From: Podarcis melisellensis | Lineage: Eukaryota | Reading direction: 5' to 3' (one strand) | NCBI GenBank assembly: GCA_964234715.1 | Contig: OZ174278.1 | DNA length: 64,000 nt | Part shown: one piece after another, positions 63,430 through 64,000 of the stretch | Position numbering within the stretch: position 1 is the first letter of the stretch | Layout: every line of letters begins with the position of its first letter | The notes under the pieces: generated by a model | Told to the model about the DNA's origin: nothing | The model's database searches: none | Seen by the model: the letters and a program-made list of their open reading frames with translations, nothing else | Translations under genes and position numbers: made by a program

Positions 63430-64000
63430 TAACAAGTATCAGTTACTTAAACAATCTAGGACACTAGAAGCAAAATAGTATGAGGCAAGCTCAACATTTA
63501 TTCTTACATTAGCTCATCCAAAACTTTCTTCTTCAGATATTGAGAATTTCTATCTGATTCTTTCCTTACAGGCTTCATTAACTTAATCAACTCAGGGTAA
63601 TTTATATCCATGCCAAATTATCATTTATTCTGTAACCGTCATTTATCTTAATGGCACCATTACCTCACTTTTAATCCCCACATTAGCTCTTTTAATAACT
63701 TTAAACAGAATCAGAATTCTGAATCTGAATGTGACATTCTTTAAAAGACCTTCAGGCACCATGAATATTTTTTTTCCTTTTATTGATCAGCCAACTTCTG
63801 CTCTTCTATTTATTTGAAGTGGGAAATTAGGATAAGTCCCCAAACAGCTAGATTTTAATTTAGAGTGTGGTGTGGCATAACTGTATTTGGAGAGCATTAC
63901 TCTTGCATTTATTTGTTTTTTTATTGACAGAGGTTTTCCCTTTCACTCAAAGCTAAACTCAACTTTACATGTCATTTTTAAGAAAGAACTAGTAAAGGTA

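Overview
Eukaryotic vertebrate DNA, almost certainly a squamate and most consistent with a lacertid lizard. The evidence is five Sauria SINEs, a POM/Squam2-type tRNA-CR1 SINE, two BovB 3' ends with (CAA)n tails and a Penelope pseudo-LTR palindrome. The window is AT-rich, repeat-dense, intronic or intergenic sequence with three N gaps. I recognise no intact host protein-coding gene. The ORFs with recognisable protein similarity are retroelement remnants: L1 ORF2 C-terminus, BovB, RTE, L2 and Gypsy integrase. Many DNA-transposon MITEs can be delimited exactly by their TIRs and TSDs (hAT with 8-bp TSD, Tc1/mariner with TA TSD). The most interesting observations are: (1) a minimal type-I hammerhead ribozyme in a Penelope palindrome; (2) two diverged LTR/DIRS-like repeats that appear to keep a covarying multi-stem RNA structure; (3) a SINE>SINE>MITE triple nest; (4) a cluster of local templated or inverted duplications at 33-37 kb; (5) a CpG-rich putative minus-strand first exon at about 37.7 kb. 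I found no convincing novel multi-gene system. Family assignments are by eye and from memory of consensus sequences, not from database searches.
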